Shown here: positions 1 through 8,207 of the stretch, in pieces
How the letters are laid out: every line of letters begins with the position of its first letter
How positions within the stretch are numbered: the first letter of the stretch is position 1
DNA from: an uncultured Actinomycetes bacterium
GTDB lineage: Bacteria > Actinomycetota > Thermoleophilia > UBA2241
Reading direction: 5' to 3'
Length of the DNA stretch: 26,632 nt
Assembly (NCBI GenBank): GCA_963755025.1
Contig: CAVWIH010000022.1
Span: 1-26,632 of the forward strand
The notes under the pieces: generated by a model
Databases searched by the model: none
The model's input: the letters and a program-made list of their open reading frames with translations, nothing else
What the model was told of the DNA's origin: nothing
Position numbers and translations under genes: made by a program

Positions 1-381
1 GCCTTCGCCGTGGTGCCGCCCGAAGTCACCGCGGCCGAGGCCATCGAGCTGCTGCGCGACCAGGAGCCCGAGGTCGAGACCGTCTACTACGTCTACGTGA
101 CCGACAAGCGCGAACACCTGCTGGGCGTCATCAGCCTGCGCGACCTGCTCACCGTGCCGGGCGGTCGCCGCGTGCGCGACTTCATGAGCTCCGACCCCAT
201 CTCCGTGCGCCTCGAGGCCGGCGAAGAAGAGGTCACCCAGACCATCGCCAAGTACAACCTGCTCGCCCTGCCCGTCGTCGACGACGCCGGCGTCGTGCAC
301 GGGATCGTGACCATCGACGACGCCATCGACCTCGTGCTGCCGCTGGCCTGGAAGAAGCGATTGCCGCGCATCTTCCGGTGA
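1..381 (+). CDS. MgtE-type CBS-pair protein (C-terminal part; 5' truncated by window edge)
   Basis: Frame open from base 1. ETVYYVYVTD..HLLGVISLRDLL and KYNLLALPVVD..GIVTIDDAID are typical of the MgtE cytosolic CBS pair. Ends without TM helices, directly upstream of an Nramp-like gene. Confidence 0.85.
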   Translation, partial: AFAVVPPEVTAAEAIELLRDQEPEVETVYYVYVTDKREHLLGVISLRDLLTVPGGRRVRDFMSSDPISVRLEAGEEEVTQTIAKYNLLALPVVDDAGVVHGIVTIDDAIDLVLPLAWKKRLPRIFR

Positions 382-392
382 TCGGGTAAGAC

Positions 393-1673
393 ATGCCTGC
401 CACTCCGGAAGCACGCAAGCGGCCGCGTCTGGGCCGCATCGGTCGAACTCGCCTGCTGATCTTTCTCGCCGTCATGGGGCCGGGACTGATCGCCGCCGCC
501 TCCGACAACGACGCCGGCGGCATCACGACCTGGTCGGTGATCGGCGCGAAGTACGGCTACAGCCTGCTCTGGCTCCTGCTGCTGATCACGCCGATCCTGG
601 CCGTCACCCAGGAGATGGGCGCGCGCATGGGCGTGGTCACCGGCAAGGGCCTGGCGGCGCTCATCCGCGAGCGCTTCAGCCTGAAGATCACGGCCTTCGC
701 CATGCTGGCCCTGCTGATCGCCAACTTCGGCACGACGGTGGCCGAGTTCTCGGGGGTCGCCGCCGCCTTCGGCCTCGCCCATGTGCCCCCCTGGGTGTGC
801 GTGCCGCCGGTCGCGCTGGGCGTCTGGCTGCTGGTCACGCGAGGGTCGTACCGCCGCGTGGAGCGCGTCTTTTTGGTGCTCACCGCGATCTACGCGGCCT
901 ACGTGCTGGCGGGCTTCCTCGCACACCCCGACTGGAGCGCGGCCGCGCACGGCACCGTGGTGCCGAGCATCCACTCCGACTCGGCGTGGCTGCTGATCGC
1001 GATCGCCGCCATCGGCACGACCATCACGCCGTGGGGGCAGTTCTTCATCCAGGCCTATGTGGTCGACAAGAAGGTCGCGGTCAAGGAGTACCTCTACACC
1101 AAGTTCGAGGTGTACGCCGGCGCCGTGTTCACCGACGCCATCGACCTGTTCATCGTGGTGGCCTGCGCGGCGACGCTCTACAAGCACGGCATCGTGGTCA
1201 ACACCGCGCAAGATGCCGCCCGGGCGCTCGAACCGCTGGCGGGGCGCGCCGCCTACTTCCTGTTCGGCTTCGGCCTGCTGAACGTGTCGATCCTGGGGGC
1301 GGCCATCCTGCCCCTGACGACGGCCTACGCCATCTCCGAGGCGTTCGGCTTTGAGTCGGGGCTCGACCGCTCGTTCGCCGACGCGCCCATCTTCAACGGC
1401 CTGCTCACGTTCTTCATCTTCGTGCCCGCCGCCGTCGCCGTCATTCCGCGCCTGCCGCTCGTCAAGGTGATCCTGCTGAGCCAGGACGTGAACGGCATCC
1501 TGCTGCCCATCATCCTCGTCTACGTGCTGAAGATCGTGAACGACGAGTCGGTCATGGGCGACTACGTCAACAGCCGCGCCTACAACGTGGTGGCCTGGGC
1601 CTTCGCCGTCGCGCTGATCGCCCTGACGGTCGTGCTGCTCGCCTCTGCCCTGCCGCTGGGCTTCAGGCTCTAG
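393..1673 (+). CDS. Nramp/SLC11-family divalent cation transporter, NRMT (Mg2+)-type motifs
   Basis: 426 aa polytopic membrane protein with GPGLI, DNDAGG, QEMGARMGVVTGKGL and GTTITPW; canonical Mn2+ Nramps have DPGN and GATIMPH at these positions. Confidence 0.85.
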   Translation: MPATPEARKRPRLGRIGRTRLLIFLAVMGPGLIAAASDNDAGGITTWSVIGAKYGYSLLWLLLLITPILAVTQEMGARMGVVTGKGLAALIRERFSLKITAFAMLALLIANFGTTVAEFSGVAAAFGLAHVPPWVCVPPVALGVWLLVTRGSYRRVERVFLVLTAIYAAYVLAGFLAHPDWSAAAHGTVVPSIHSDSAWLLIAIAAIGTTITPWGQFFIQAYVVDKKVAVKEYLYTKFEVYAGAVFTDAIDLFIVVACAATLYKHGIVVNTAQDAARALEPLAGRAAYFLFGFGLLNVSILGAAILPLTTAYAISEAFGFESGLDRSFADAPIFNGLLTFFIFVPAAVAVIPRLPLVKVILLSQDVNGILLPIILVYVLKIVNDESVMGDYVNSRAYNVVAWAFAVALIALTVVLLASALPLGFRL

Positions 1674-1676
1674 CCG

Positions 1677-2591
1677 CTACGACTCGTCGGCGCGCTCGTG
1701 CGAGGCCGGCTCGATGTGCACGAGCACCTCGGTGTTGGGCAGGCGCTCGGCGATGTCGGTCTCTATGTGGTCGGCGATCGCGTGCGCGGCGGCAACGGTC
1801 ATGTCGTCGGCCACCGTGATGTGGATGTCGATCAGGTGCTTGGCGCCGGCGTGACGGGTGCGCAGCTTGTGGTAGCCCATGATGAGCTCGCCGCGGTGCT
1901 CGGCCACGGTGGCGCGCACGACGTCGAGCTCGTCGTCGGGCAGGGCCTCGTCGAGCAGCACGCGGGTCGAGGCGCTCACTATCCCCCAGGCGGTCCACAC
2001 GATGAGCACGGCCACGACGATGGCCAGCACCGGGTCGAAGAAGGTGAGTCCGGTGACGTCAACCAGCGCGAGGCCGCCGGCCACCCCGAGCGAGGTGTAG
2101 ATGTCGGTCAGGTGGTTGGCCGCGTCGGCGTGCAGGGCGGGCGAGTCGGTGCGCCGCGCGGCCCGGAACAGGTAGGCGGTGAGGGCCCCGTTGACCGCCG
2201 CCGAGACGAGCATCACGCCGACGGCGAGCGGTATGTGGTCGAGCTTCTCGCCCGAGATCAGGTGACTGACGGCCTCGACGATGATGAGGACGGCCGCCGC
2301 GAAGATGATCATGCCCTCGATCACGCCCGAGAAGTTCTCGATCTTCTCGTGACCGAAGCGGTGCTTGGGGTCGGCCGGCCGCGACGCCTCGCGCACCGAC
2401 ACGAGGGCGATCACCGCGGCCACCAGGTCGGTGATCGAATGGGCCGCCTCGGAGATGATGCTGATCGAGCCCGAGACGATGCCGACGAGGAGCTTGAAGA
2501 CGATGAGCGCCGCGTTGGCGGCGATGGAGACCCAGGCGGCGCGCGACTTGAGCGCGCCATCGGGAGCGTCGACGGCCGCCGGGAGGTTCAC
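1677..2591 (-). CDS. Cation diffusion facilitator (FieF/CzcD-like) transporter
   Basis: SEAAHSITD, PADPKHRFGHEKIE, ADAANHLTD, C-terminal dimerisation domain ending VHIEP. Start placed at GTG 2591, which overlaps the rdgB stop (GTGA), not at the longer ORF-track start. Confidence 0.9.
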   Translation of the reverse strand: MNLPAAVDAPDGALKSRAAWVSIAANAALIVFKLLVGIVSGSISIISEAAHSITDLVAAVIALVSVREASRPADPKHRFGHEKIENFSGVIEGMIIFAAAVLIIVEAVSHLISGEKLDHIPLAVGVMLVSAAVNGALTAYLFRAARRTDSPALHADAANHLTDIYTSLGVAGGLALVDVTGLTFFDPVLAIVVAVLIVWTAWGIVSASTRVLLDEALPDDELDVVRATVAEHRGELIMGYHKLRTRHAGAKHLIDIHITVADDMTVAAAHAIADHIETDIAERLPNTEVLVHIEPASHERADES

Positions 2592-3319
2592 TTCAGTCCG
2601 TCTCCGGCGAGGCGCGCGAGCAGCGCCCGCGCCGCCCGCGCGCGGTGGCTCTGGGCGTTCTTGTCGGCCTCGCTCATCTCGGCGACGGCCAGCGCGGAGC
2701 CGCTGGGCACGAAGAGCGGGTCGTAGCCGAAGCCGCCCACGCCGCGGGGCGCCGTGGCGATGGCGCCCGGCCACTCGCCGCGCACCAGCTCGGCGGCGCC
2801 GCCGGGACCGGCGACGAAGGCGATGACGCACACGAAGCGCGCCGCGCGGTCGTGCTCGCCGGGCAGGGCGCGCAGCTCGGTCAGCAGCCTGGTGTTGTTG
2901 GCGACGTCGTCGCCCTCGCGACCGCCGTAGCGCGCCGAGATCACGCCCGGCGCGCCGCCCAGGGCGGCGACCTCGATGCCGGAGTCGTCGGCGATGACGA
3001 CGGCCGCAGGGTCTGCCGGCCCCGGCGCGGCGGCGGCTGAGTCCGCCGGGCGCGCCGCGGCGGCGGCTGAGTCCGCTGAGCGCGCCGCGGCGGCGGCGCG
3101 CTCGCGCTCGCCGTCCGGGTCGGACGCGGCGACGGGGCGCAGCGCGGCCAGAGCGCGGGCCAGGCCTTCGGCCTTGCCGCGCGCGTTGGCCTCGAACGAC
3201 TCGACGCCCTCGGGAGGCAGCTCGATGCCGGCGGGCATGGCCGCCACCTCGTGCGGCGCCAGGATCGCGCGGTACTCGGCGAGCTTGTGCGCGTTGCGGG
3301 TGGCCAGCACGAAGCGCAT
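2588..3319 (-). CDS. rdgB: RdgB/HAM1 non-canonical purine NTP pyrophosphatase
   Basis: ATRNAHKLAE, FEANARGKA, ADDSGIEV.ALGGAPGVISARY, GFGYDPLF, KN..SHRARA; follows rph. Confidence 0.93.
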   Translation of the reverse strand: MRFVLATRNAHKLAEYRAILAPHEVAAMPAGIELPPEGVESFEANARGKAEGLARALAALRPVAASDPDGERERAAAAARSADSAAAAARPADSAAAAPGPADPAAVVIADDSGIEVAALGGAPGVISARYGGREGDDVANNTRLLTELRALPGEHDRAARFVCVIAFVAGPGGAAELVRGEWPGAIATAPRGVGGFGYDPLFVPSGSALAVAEMSEADKNAQSHRARAARALLARLAGDGLK

Positions 3320-4074
3320 TACGGGGCGGTCGACGGTCCGGACGGCGTGCCGGGCAGCGCCGCGGCGCCGATCACGGCCTTCTGCACCGCCGTGATCTGG
3401 GCGACGCCGCCGGCCGCCAGGTCGAGCAGGCTGTCGAGCGTGGCGCGCGGGAACGGCTCGCCCTCGGCGGTGGCCTGCACCTCGACGAGGCGGCCCTCGC
3501 CGGTCATGACGACGTTCATGTCGAGCGACGCCGAGCTGTCTTCTTCGTATTCGAGATCGAGCCGCAGCTCGCCGTCGACCACGCCCACCGACACCGCCGC
3601 CACGTCTTCGAACAGCGGCAGTCGCGGCCAGCGCGCCGCGACGCGCAGCTTCTCGAGGGCGATCACGAGGGCGGCGTAGGCCCCCGAGACGGCCGCCGTG
3701 CGCGTGCCGCCGTCGGCCTGCAGCACGTCGCAGTCGATGTAGATCGTGCGCTCGCCGAGCGAGCCCAGGTCGACCACCGCGCGCAGGCTGCGGCCGATGA
3801 GCCGCTGGATCTCCTGGGTGCGGCCCGACTGCTTGCCGCGCACCGCTTCGCGCGGCGTGCGATCGGAGGTCGCCGCCGGCAGCATGGAGTATTCGGCGGT
3901 CAGCCAGCCGGAGCCGCTGCCGCGCCGCCAGCCGGGCACGCCGTCGACCGATTTCGCGGTGCAGAGCACGTGGGTGTCGCCGAGACGCACGAGCACCGAC
4001 CCGTCGGCGAACTTCGCCACGTCGCGTTCCATGGACAGGGGTCGCAGCTCATCGTGTCGTCTGCCGAGTCTCAC
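3319..4074 (-). CDS. rph: Ribonuclease PH
   Basis: [57 protein letters not shown]. Confidence 0.97.
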   Translation of the reverse strand: MRLGRRHDELRPLSMERDVAKFADGSVLVRLGDTHVLCTAKSVDGVPGWRRGSGSGWLTAEYSMLPAATSDRTPREAVRGKQSGRTQEIQRLIGRSLRAVVDLGSLGERTIYIDCDVLQADGGTRTAAVSGAYAALVIALEKLRVAARWPRLPLFEDVAAVSVGVVDGELRLDLEYEEDSSASLDMNVVMTGEGRLVEVQATAEGEPFPRATLDSLLDLAAGGVAQITAVQKAVIGAAALPGTPSGPSTAP

Positions 4075-4080
4075 GTCTCG

Positions 4081-4599
4081 TCACCTCTTCTTCTTACTGG
4101 ATAGGGCGTAGCTGCGGTGCGGCCGCTCGGTGAAGCCGAAGAGCGCGCCGTGCGTGCGGATCAGGCTCAAGACGAGCAGCCCGCCGGTGAACAGCACGAC
4201 GGCCTCGCCGAGCGCCACAAAGCCGACGCTGGGCCAGAACGGCAGGTGCAGGATGAGCGCGAGCTCGGCGCCCACGCCGAACGCGTTCACGACCACCGGC
4301 GCCGCCAAGGCTACCACGCGGGGACCGACTTGCCACATGATGCCGGCGGCCACCATCGTGAGCAGCGCGCCGAAGAACACGTCGGCCAGGCCCAGCGAGC
4401 TCGTGAGGGCGTTGGCGATCGCCGTGCCCAGGGTGAGCCCCACCACGGCGGCCGGGTCGACGCAGGCGCAGGGCAGGAGCGCCTCGGAGATGCGGAACTG
4501 CACCTGGCCCGACGCCAGCCCGAACGCGCCGGCGAGCAGCGTCAGGACGACGTAGGCGGCGGCGTAGAGGCTACCGCGGGCGAGCAGGCGTGTGGTCAC
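4081..4599 (-). CDS. queT: QueT-family transporter (ECF S-component-like)
   Basis: AAAYVVLT...GQVQFRISEAL...GLTLGTAIAN...DVFFG...PVVVNAF.VG.EL...VALGE matches the QueT pattern; about 6 TM segments. Confidence 0.8.
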   Translation of the reverse strand: MTTRLLARGSLYAAAYVVLTLLAGAFGLASGQVQFRISEALLPCACVDPAAVVGLTLGTAIANALTSSLGLADVFFGALLTMVAAGIMWQVGPRVVALAAPVVVNAFGVGAELALILHLPFWPSVGFVALGEAVVLFTGGLLVLSLIRTHGALFGFTERPHRSYALSSKKKR

Positions 4600-5563
4600 G
4601 GTCGCCCAGCGCCGTCAGGCGCTCGAGCCCGACCTGCTCGACGTCGTCGAGCGGCATCTGCAAGAAGCGGCTGCCCACGGCGCGAAAAGCGTCGGTCTCG
4701 CCGGTGCAGAAGAAGCGATAGGAGCCCTCGCGCTCGGCGTCGTTGTCGATGCCCTGGCGCACCAGGACCTCGGCCACCTCGCGGGCGATCTCGGCGGCCG
4801 GGTTGACCAGCGTGACGTCGCGGCCCAGGTGGCGCTGCAGCATGGGCGCGATCAGCGGGTAGTGCGTGCAGCCCATGATGACCACGTCGGGGCGCTGCTC
4901 CTTGAGCGGCGCCGTGAAGCGCCGCACGGCGGCGATGATCTCGTGGCTGGTGACGTCGCCCTCCTGGATGAAGGTGGCGAGGCCGGGGCAGGCCTGCTGG
5001 ATGACCTCGGCGCCGCCGTCGAGTGTGTCGATGGCGCGCACGTAGCTGCCGCTGGCCACCGTCGCCTCGGTGGCGAGCACGCCGATGCGCCGGTAGCGCG
5101 AGGTCTGCACGGCGGCCCGCGCGCCCGGCATGATGACGCCGATGATGGGCGTCGAGAACTGCTCCTGCAGCGCCGGCAGCGCCGCCGCCGTGGCCGAGTA
5201 GCAGGCCACCACGAGCAGCTTGACGCCGCTGTCGTCTAAGAAGGTCGCGATCTGACGCGCGAAGCGGCGCAGGTCGTCCTGGCTTTTGGGACCGTAGGGA
5301 AAGCGCGCGGTGTCGCCCAGGTAGACGAAGTCTTCGGCCGGCATGGCCACCAGGCACTCGTGCAGCACGGTGAGGCCGCCGATGCCGGAGTCGAACATGC
5401 CGATAGGCCGGGCGCGCAGCTCGGCCGGGTCGGCGGCGCGCTCGGCGCCGTGGCCGGCGGCGGCGCGCTCGGCGGTTGCGCGCTCGGCGGCGCGCGGGGC
5501 CGGCTCGGCGGCGCGCTCGGCGGCGCGTTTGGCGGCGGGGTTGTCGGCGGGCGGGTGAGTCAC
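4571..5563 (-). CDS. murI: Glutamate racemase
   Basis: PIGMFDSGIGGLTV, GDTARFPYG, VVAC(Y)SA, GCTHYP; GAGGAG RBS upstream of GTG; Ala/Glu/Arg-rich repetitive N-terminal extension. Confidence 0.95.
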   Translation of the reverse strand: MTHPPADNPAAKRAAERAAEPAPRAAERATAERAAAGHGAERAADPAELRARPIGMFDSGIGGLTVLHECLVAMPAEDFVYLGDTARFPYGPKSQDDLRRFARQIATFLDDSGVKLLVVACYSATAAALPALQEQFSTPIIGVIMPGARAAVQTSRYRRIGVLATEATVASGSYVRAIDTLDGGAEVIQQACPGLATFIQEGDVTSHEIIAAVRRFTAPLKEQRPDVVIMGCTHYPLIAPMLQRHLGRDVTLVNPAAEIAREVAEVLVRQGIDNDAEREGSYRFFCTGETDAFRAVGSRFLQMPLDDVEQVGLERLTALGDRDHTPARPR

Positions 5564-5745
5564 CGCATGCGCTCCTCGGTCGCTTCGCGGAGTCGGAAGT
5601 ATACCGCATCGACCCGCAGGCTCGCGGCTTGACGGGGTCGGGCTCGACGGTCAAGCCGGGGGTCGCGGCGGCCGATAGAGGGACTGAAAGACCGCCGGCG
5701 CGACGACCGACGGCGGGCCCGACCCGACACACGAGGATCTGGGAC

Positions 5746-6153
5746 ATGAGCGACTGCGACATAGAGCGCTTCATCTTCCCCGACGGCAGCGAACGCGACA
5801 TGCTCGTCTTCGAGCGCGAGATCGCCGTGTCCTGCCCGGCCCCACCCGACCCCGCCGCGCCGCGCGACGCGCACGTCTGCCCGCTGTGCGGTTCGCCGCT
5901 CGTGCACCCCACCGAATGGCAGCGCAGCGGTCCCGCGACGTGGCGCATCACGCTGCGCTGTCCCAACTGCGAGACGCAGCGCACCGTGACCCTCGACCGC
6001 CAAGAGGTCGAGCGCCTGAACCGGGCGCTCTACGAAGGCACCGAGCACCTCGCCCGCCAGGCCGACCAGCTCGTGCGGCGCCACTTTCAAGAGGAGACCG
6101 CCAAGTTCGTGGCCGCCCTCGACGCCGACCTCATCCTGCCGATCGACTTCTAG
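5746..6153 (+). CDS. Hypothetical Zn-ribbon protein (CPLC...CPNC) ending ILPIDF
   Basis: ATG 5746 after GAGGA; high-GC3 codon usage; two CxxC motifs followed by a helical C-terminus. Confidence 0.75.
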   Translation: MSDCDIERFIFPDGSERDMLVFEREIAVSCPAPPDPAAPRDAHVCPLCGSPLVHPTEWQRSGPATWRITLRCPNCETQRTVTLDRQEVERLNRALYEGTEHLARQADQLVRRHFQEETAKFVAALDADLILPIDF

Positions 6154-7085
6154 GGTTCCGCCGGCCCGGCCGTACCCGACGCCGGCGCCGCACGGCGCCC
6201 CCGGTTCGCCAGGAAGACCCCACCCAGCACGACCACCGCGGCCACCGCCTGGCCCGCCGTGAACCGCTCGCCCAGCACGAGGTAGGCGCCGATCACGGCG
6301 ATCACCGGGACGACGTTGGTGAACGCCGAGGCCCTGCCGGCGCTCACGAAGCGTAGCCCGTAGTTGAGCAGCAGGTAGGCGACCACCGAGCCGAGCAGCG
6401 CCAGGTAGAACACCGCGCCGACGGCGGCGGGGGTGGGCGTCCTCACGCCCACGAGCGCCGCCTCGACCGCCGCCAGCGGCGCCATGAACAGCGCCCCGAA
6501 CAGGTTCTGGAAGGTCGTCACGAAGAGCGCCGAGCGCGTGACCATGAGGCGCCGCGCCATGACGGTATAGAGCGCGCCGGCCACGCAGGCGGCCAGCACG
6601 AGCAGGTTGCCGCCCAGGGTGCTGCCGCCGGCGCCGCGCGCGCCGAGCTCGGCGAGGGCGGCCACGCCGGCAAACGACAGCACCACGCCCAGCCACTGGC
6701 CGCCCGTGGTGTGCTCGCGCGTGGTGAAGGCGTTGACGACGAGCACGAAGATGGGGATGGTGGCGATCAGGATGGCGGCGTCGCTCGCGCTCGTGTGGGC
6801 GATGCCGAGGTTCTCGAAGGTGAAGTAGACGGTGAGCGACACGAAGCCCAGCGCGGCCAGGCGGGCGAGCTCGCGCCGGCCGACCGCCTCGCGCTCGCCG
6901 CGCCGCCGCCACACGAGCCACAGGATGGCGCCCGCCACGGTGAAGCGGATGAAGGCGATCAGCAGCGGCTCGAAGCCGCGCAACGCGACCTTGGTGGCTA
7001 CGAAGGTGCCGCCGAAGGCGACCGCCATGCCGGAGAGCGCGGCGTAGGCCTTGAGCGGGGGTCGGGGTTCGGGTGCGCCGTTCAC
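6150..7085 (-). CDS. EamA/DMT-family transporter
   Basis: About 10 TM segments in two repeats; FGGTFVATK, IRFTVAG, AHTSASDAAILIATIPIF, PVIAVIGAYLVLGE. Confidence 0.9.
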   Translation of the reverse strand: MNGAPEPRPPLKAYAALSGMAVAFGGTFVATKVALRGFEPLLIAFIRFTVAGAILWLVWRRRGEREAVGRRELARLAALGFVSLTVYFTFENLGIAHTSASDAAILIATIPIFVLVVNAFTTREHTTGGQWLGVVLSFAGVAALAELGARGAGGSTLGGNLLVLAACVAGALYTVMARRLMVTRSALFVTTFQNLFGALFMAPLAAVEAALVGVRTPTPAAVGAVFYLALLGSVVAYLLLNYGLRFVSAGRASAFTNVVPVIAVIGAYLVLGERFTAGQAVAAVVVLGGVFLANRGRRAAPASGTAGPAEP

Positions 7086-7161
7086 CCTGCGGACTCTATC
7101 GCAGGCCGGCGCCCCCGGTTGTGCCCTTGGCGCAGACGCCTGCCGCCGCGGCGGCCTTCAT

Positions 7162-7242
7162 CCAGTCGCGCGACTCTTCAATCGCGCGACGCTTCAGTCG
7201 CGCGGCGCTTTCAGTCGCGCGGCCCTTCAGTCGCGCGGCGCT
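7162..7242. repeat. Five tandem ~16 bp copies of TCAGTCGCGCG(G/A)C(G/C/T)CT
   Basis: Units start at 7162, 7178, 7194, 7211 and 7227; the last unit is the stop codon and final codons of the LapA-like gene. Confidence 0.85.
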
Positions 7243-7589
7243 TCGCGCGGCCGGCGCGTGCGCCAGTGAAAGAGCGCGCCGAGCGCCATGCCCAGCAACA
7301 ACCCGAGGATGGCGGCGGACAGCACCAGCCAGACGAGCGAGACCGAGGACGTGCCGAACACCCAGCTGACCCTGACGTGCTTCGTGTTGGCCAGCACCAG
7401 CGCGATCAGAAAGACCAGGAGCACGACGGCGGCGCCGGCATAGAAGTACAGGCGCACGCGGTGGGCCTTGCGGGCAAAGCGGGCGCCGGGCGTCTCGGCG
7501 GCGGCCTCTTCCCCGCCGGCGGCGGCCGGCGGACGCTCGACCGGCGAGCCGCTCGGGTCGTGCCGGTCGGGAGGTTCTGCGGTACTCAC
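7227..7589 (-). CDS. LapA/DUF1049-like small integral membrane protein
   Basis: TM - NTKHVRVSWVFG - TM (LVWLVLSAAILGLLLG) with basic tail; AGGAGG RBS before GTG. Confidence 0.75.
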   Translation of the reverse strand: MSTAEPPDRHDPSGSPVERPPAAAGGEEAAAETPGARFARKAHRVRLYFYAGAAVVLLVFLIALVLANTKHVRVSWVFGTSSVSLVWLVLSAAILGLLLGMALGALFHWRTRRPREAPRD

Positions 7590-7613
7590 CTGCCCTCCTT
7601 CGGTCTCGGGCGC

Positions 7614-8087
7614 CTAGCGCGCCACCGGCAGGCGCACCTCGGTGACGTAGTCGGCGGGCGCGGCGCCGCTGTCGCTGCCCACCAGGTAGACCTCGCTGGC
7701 CGGGCCGGTGACCGCGTAGCCCAGCGCCGTGAGCTCGTTGCTGAGGGCATCGTAGCCCGCGCCGATCTCCTCGTAGGGTCCGTTGTGGGTGGTGACGAGG
7801 GCGTAGTGGCCGGGCAGCGTGCCGGACCGCACGCCCTGGGCGTTCTCGGGCATCGTGCCGTGAGCGCCGAGGGCGATCGGCACCGCGACTTCGTAGTCGG
7901 CGTCGTCGGGGTCGGCCAGGTCCAGGTCGAAGCGCGCCATCGGCGGCCCCGCCGGCTCGAGGCCGGCGCCGCTGACGGCGGCGAAGAGCTGGGCGAACGG
8001 CTCGCGCATCTTCCTCACCGAGCCGTGCACGCCGAGGTAGGCGATGGTCTGTTCAGGTAAGGCGATGAGTTCGACTTGGTTGGGCAC
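7614..8087 (-). CDS. GyrI-like small-molecule-binding domain protein
   Basis: PAGPPMARF, EVAVPI, LPGHYALVTTHNGPYEEIGAGY, EVYL...TEVRLPV; AAGGAG RBS. Confidence 0.88.
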   Translation of the reverse strand: MPNQVELIALPEQTIAYLGVHGSVRKMREPFAQLFAAVSGAGLEPAGPPMARFDLDLADPDDADYEVAVPIALGAHGTMPENAQGVRSGTLPGHYALVTTHNGPYEEIGAGYDALSNELTALGYAVTGPASEVYLVGSDSGAAPADYVTEVRLPVAR

Positions 8088-8207
8088 GAGCGGGCTCCTT
8101 TTTCGGGCGACGAGGTCTGCGCTCGTAGGCTACCCGCACGGGCCGGGCGCGCAACGCGGCAGCGCACCGTACGGGACTCCCGAGACCGGGATGCGACGAG
8201 TGTTCGA

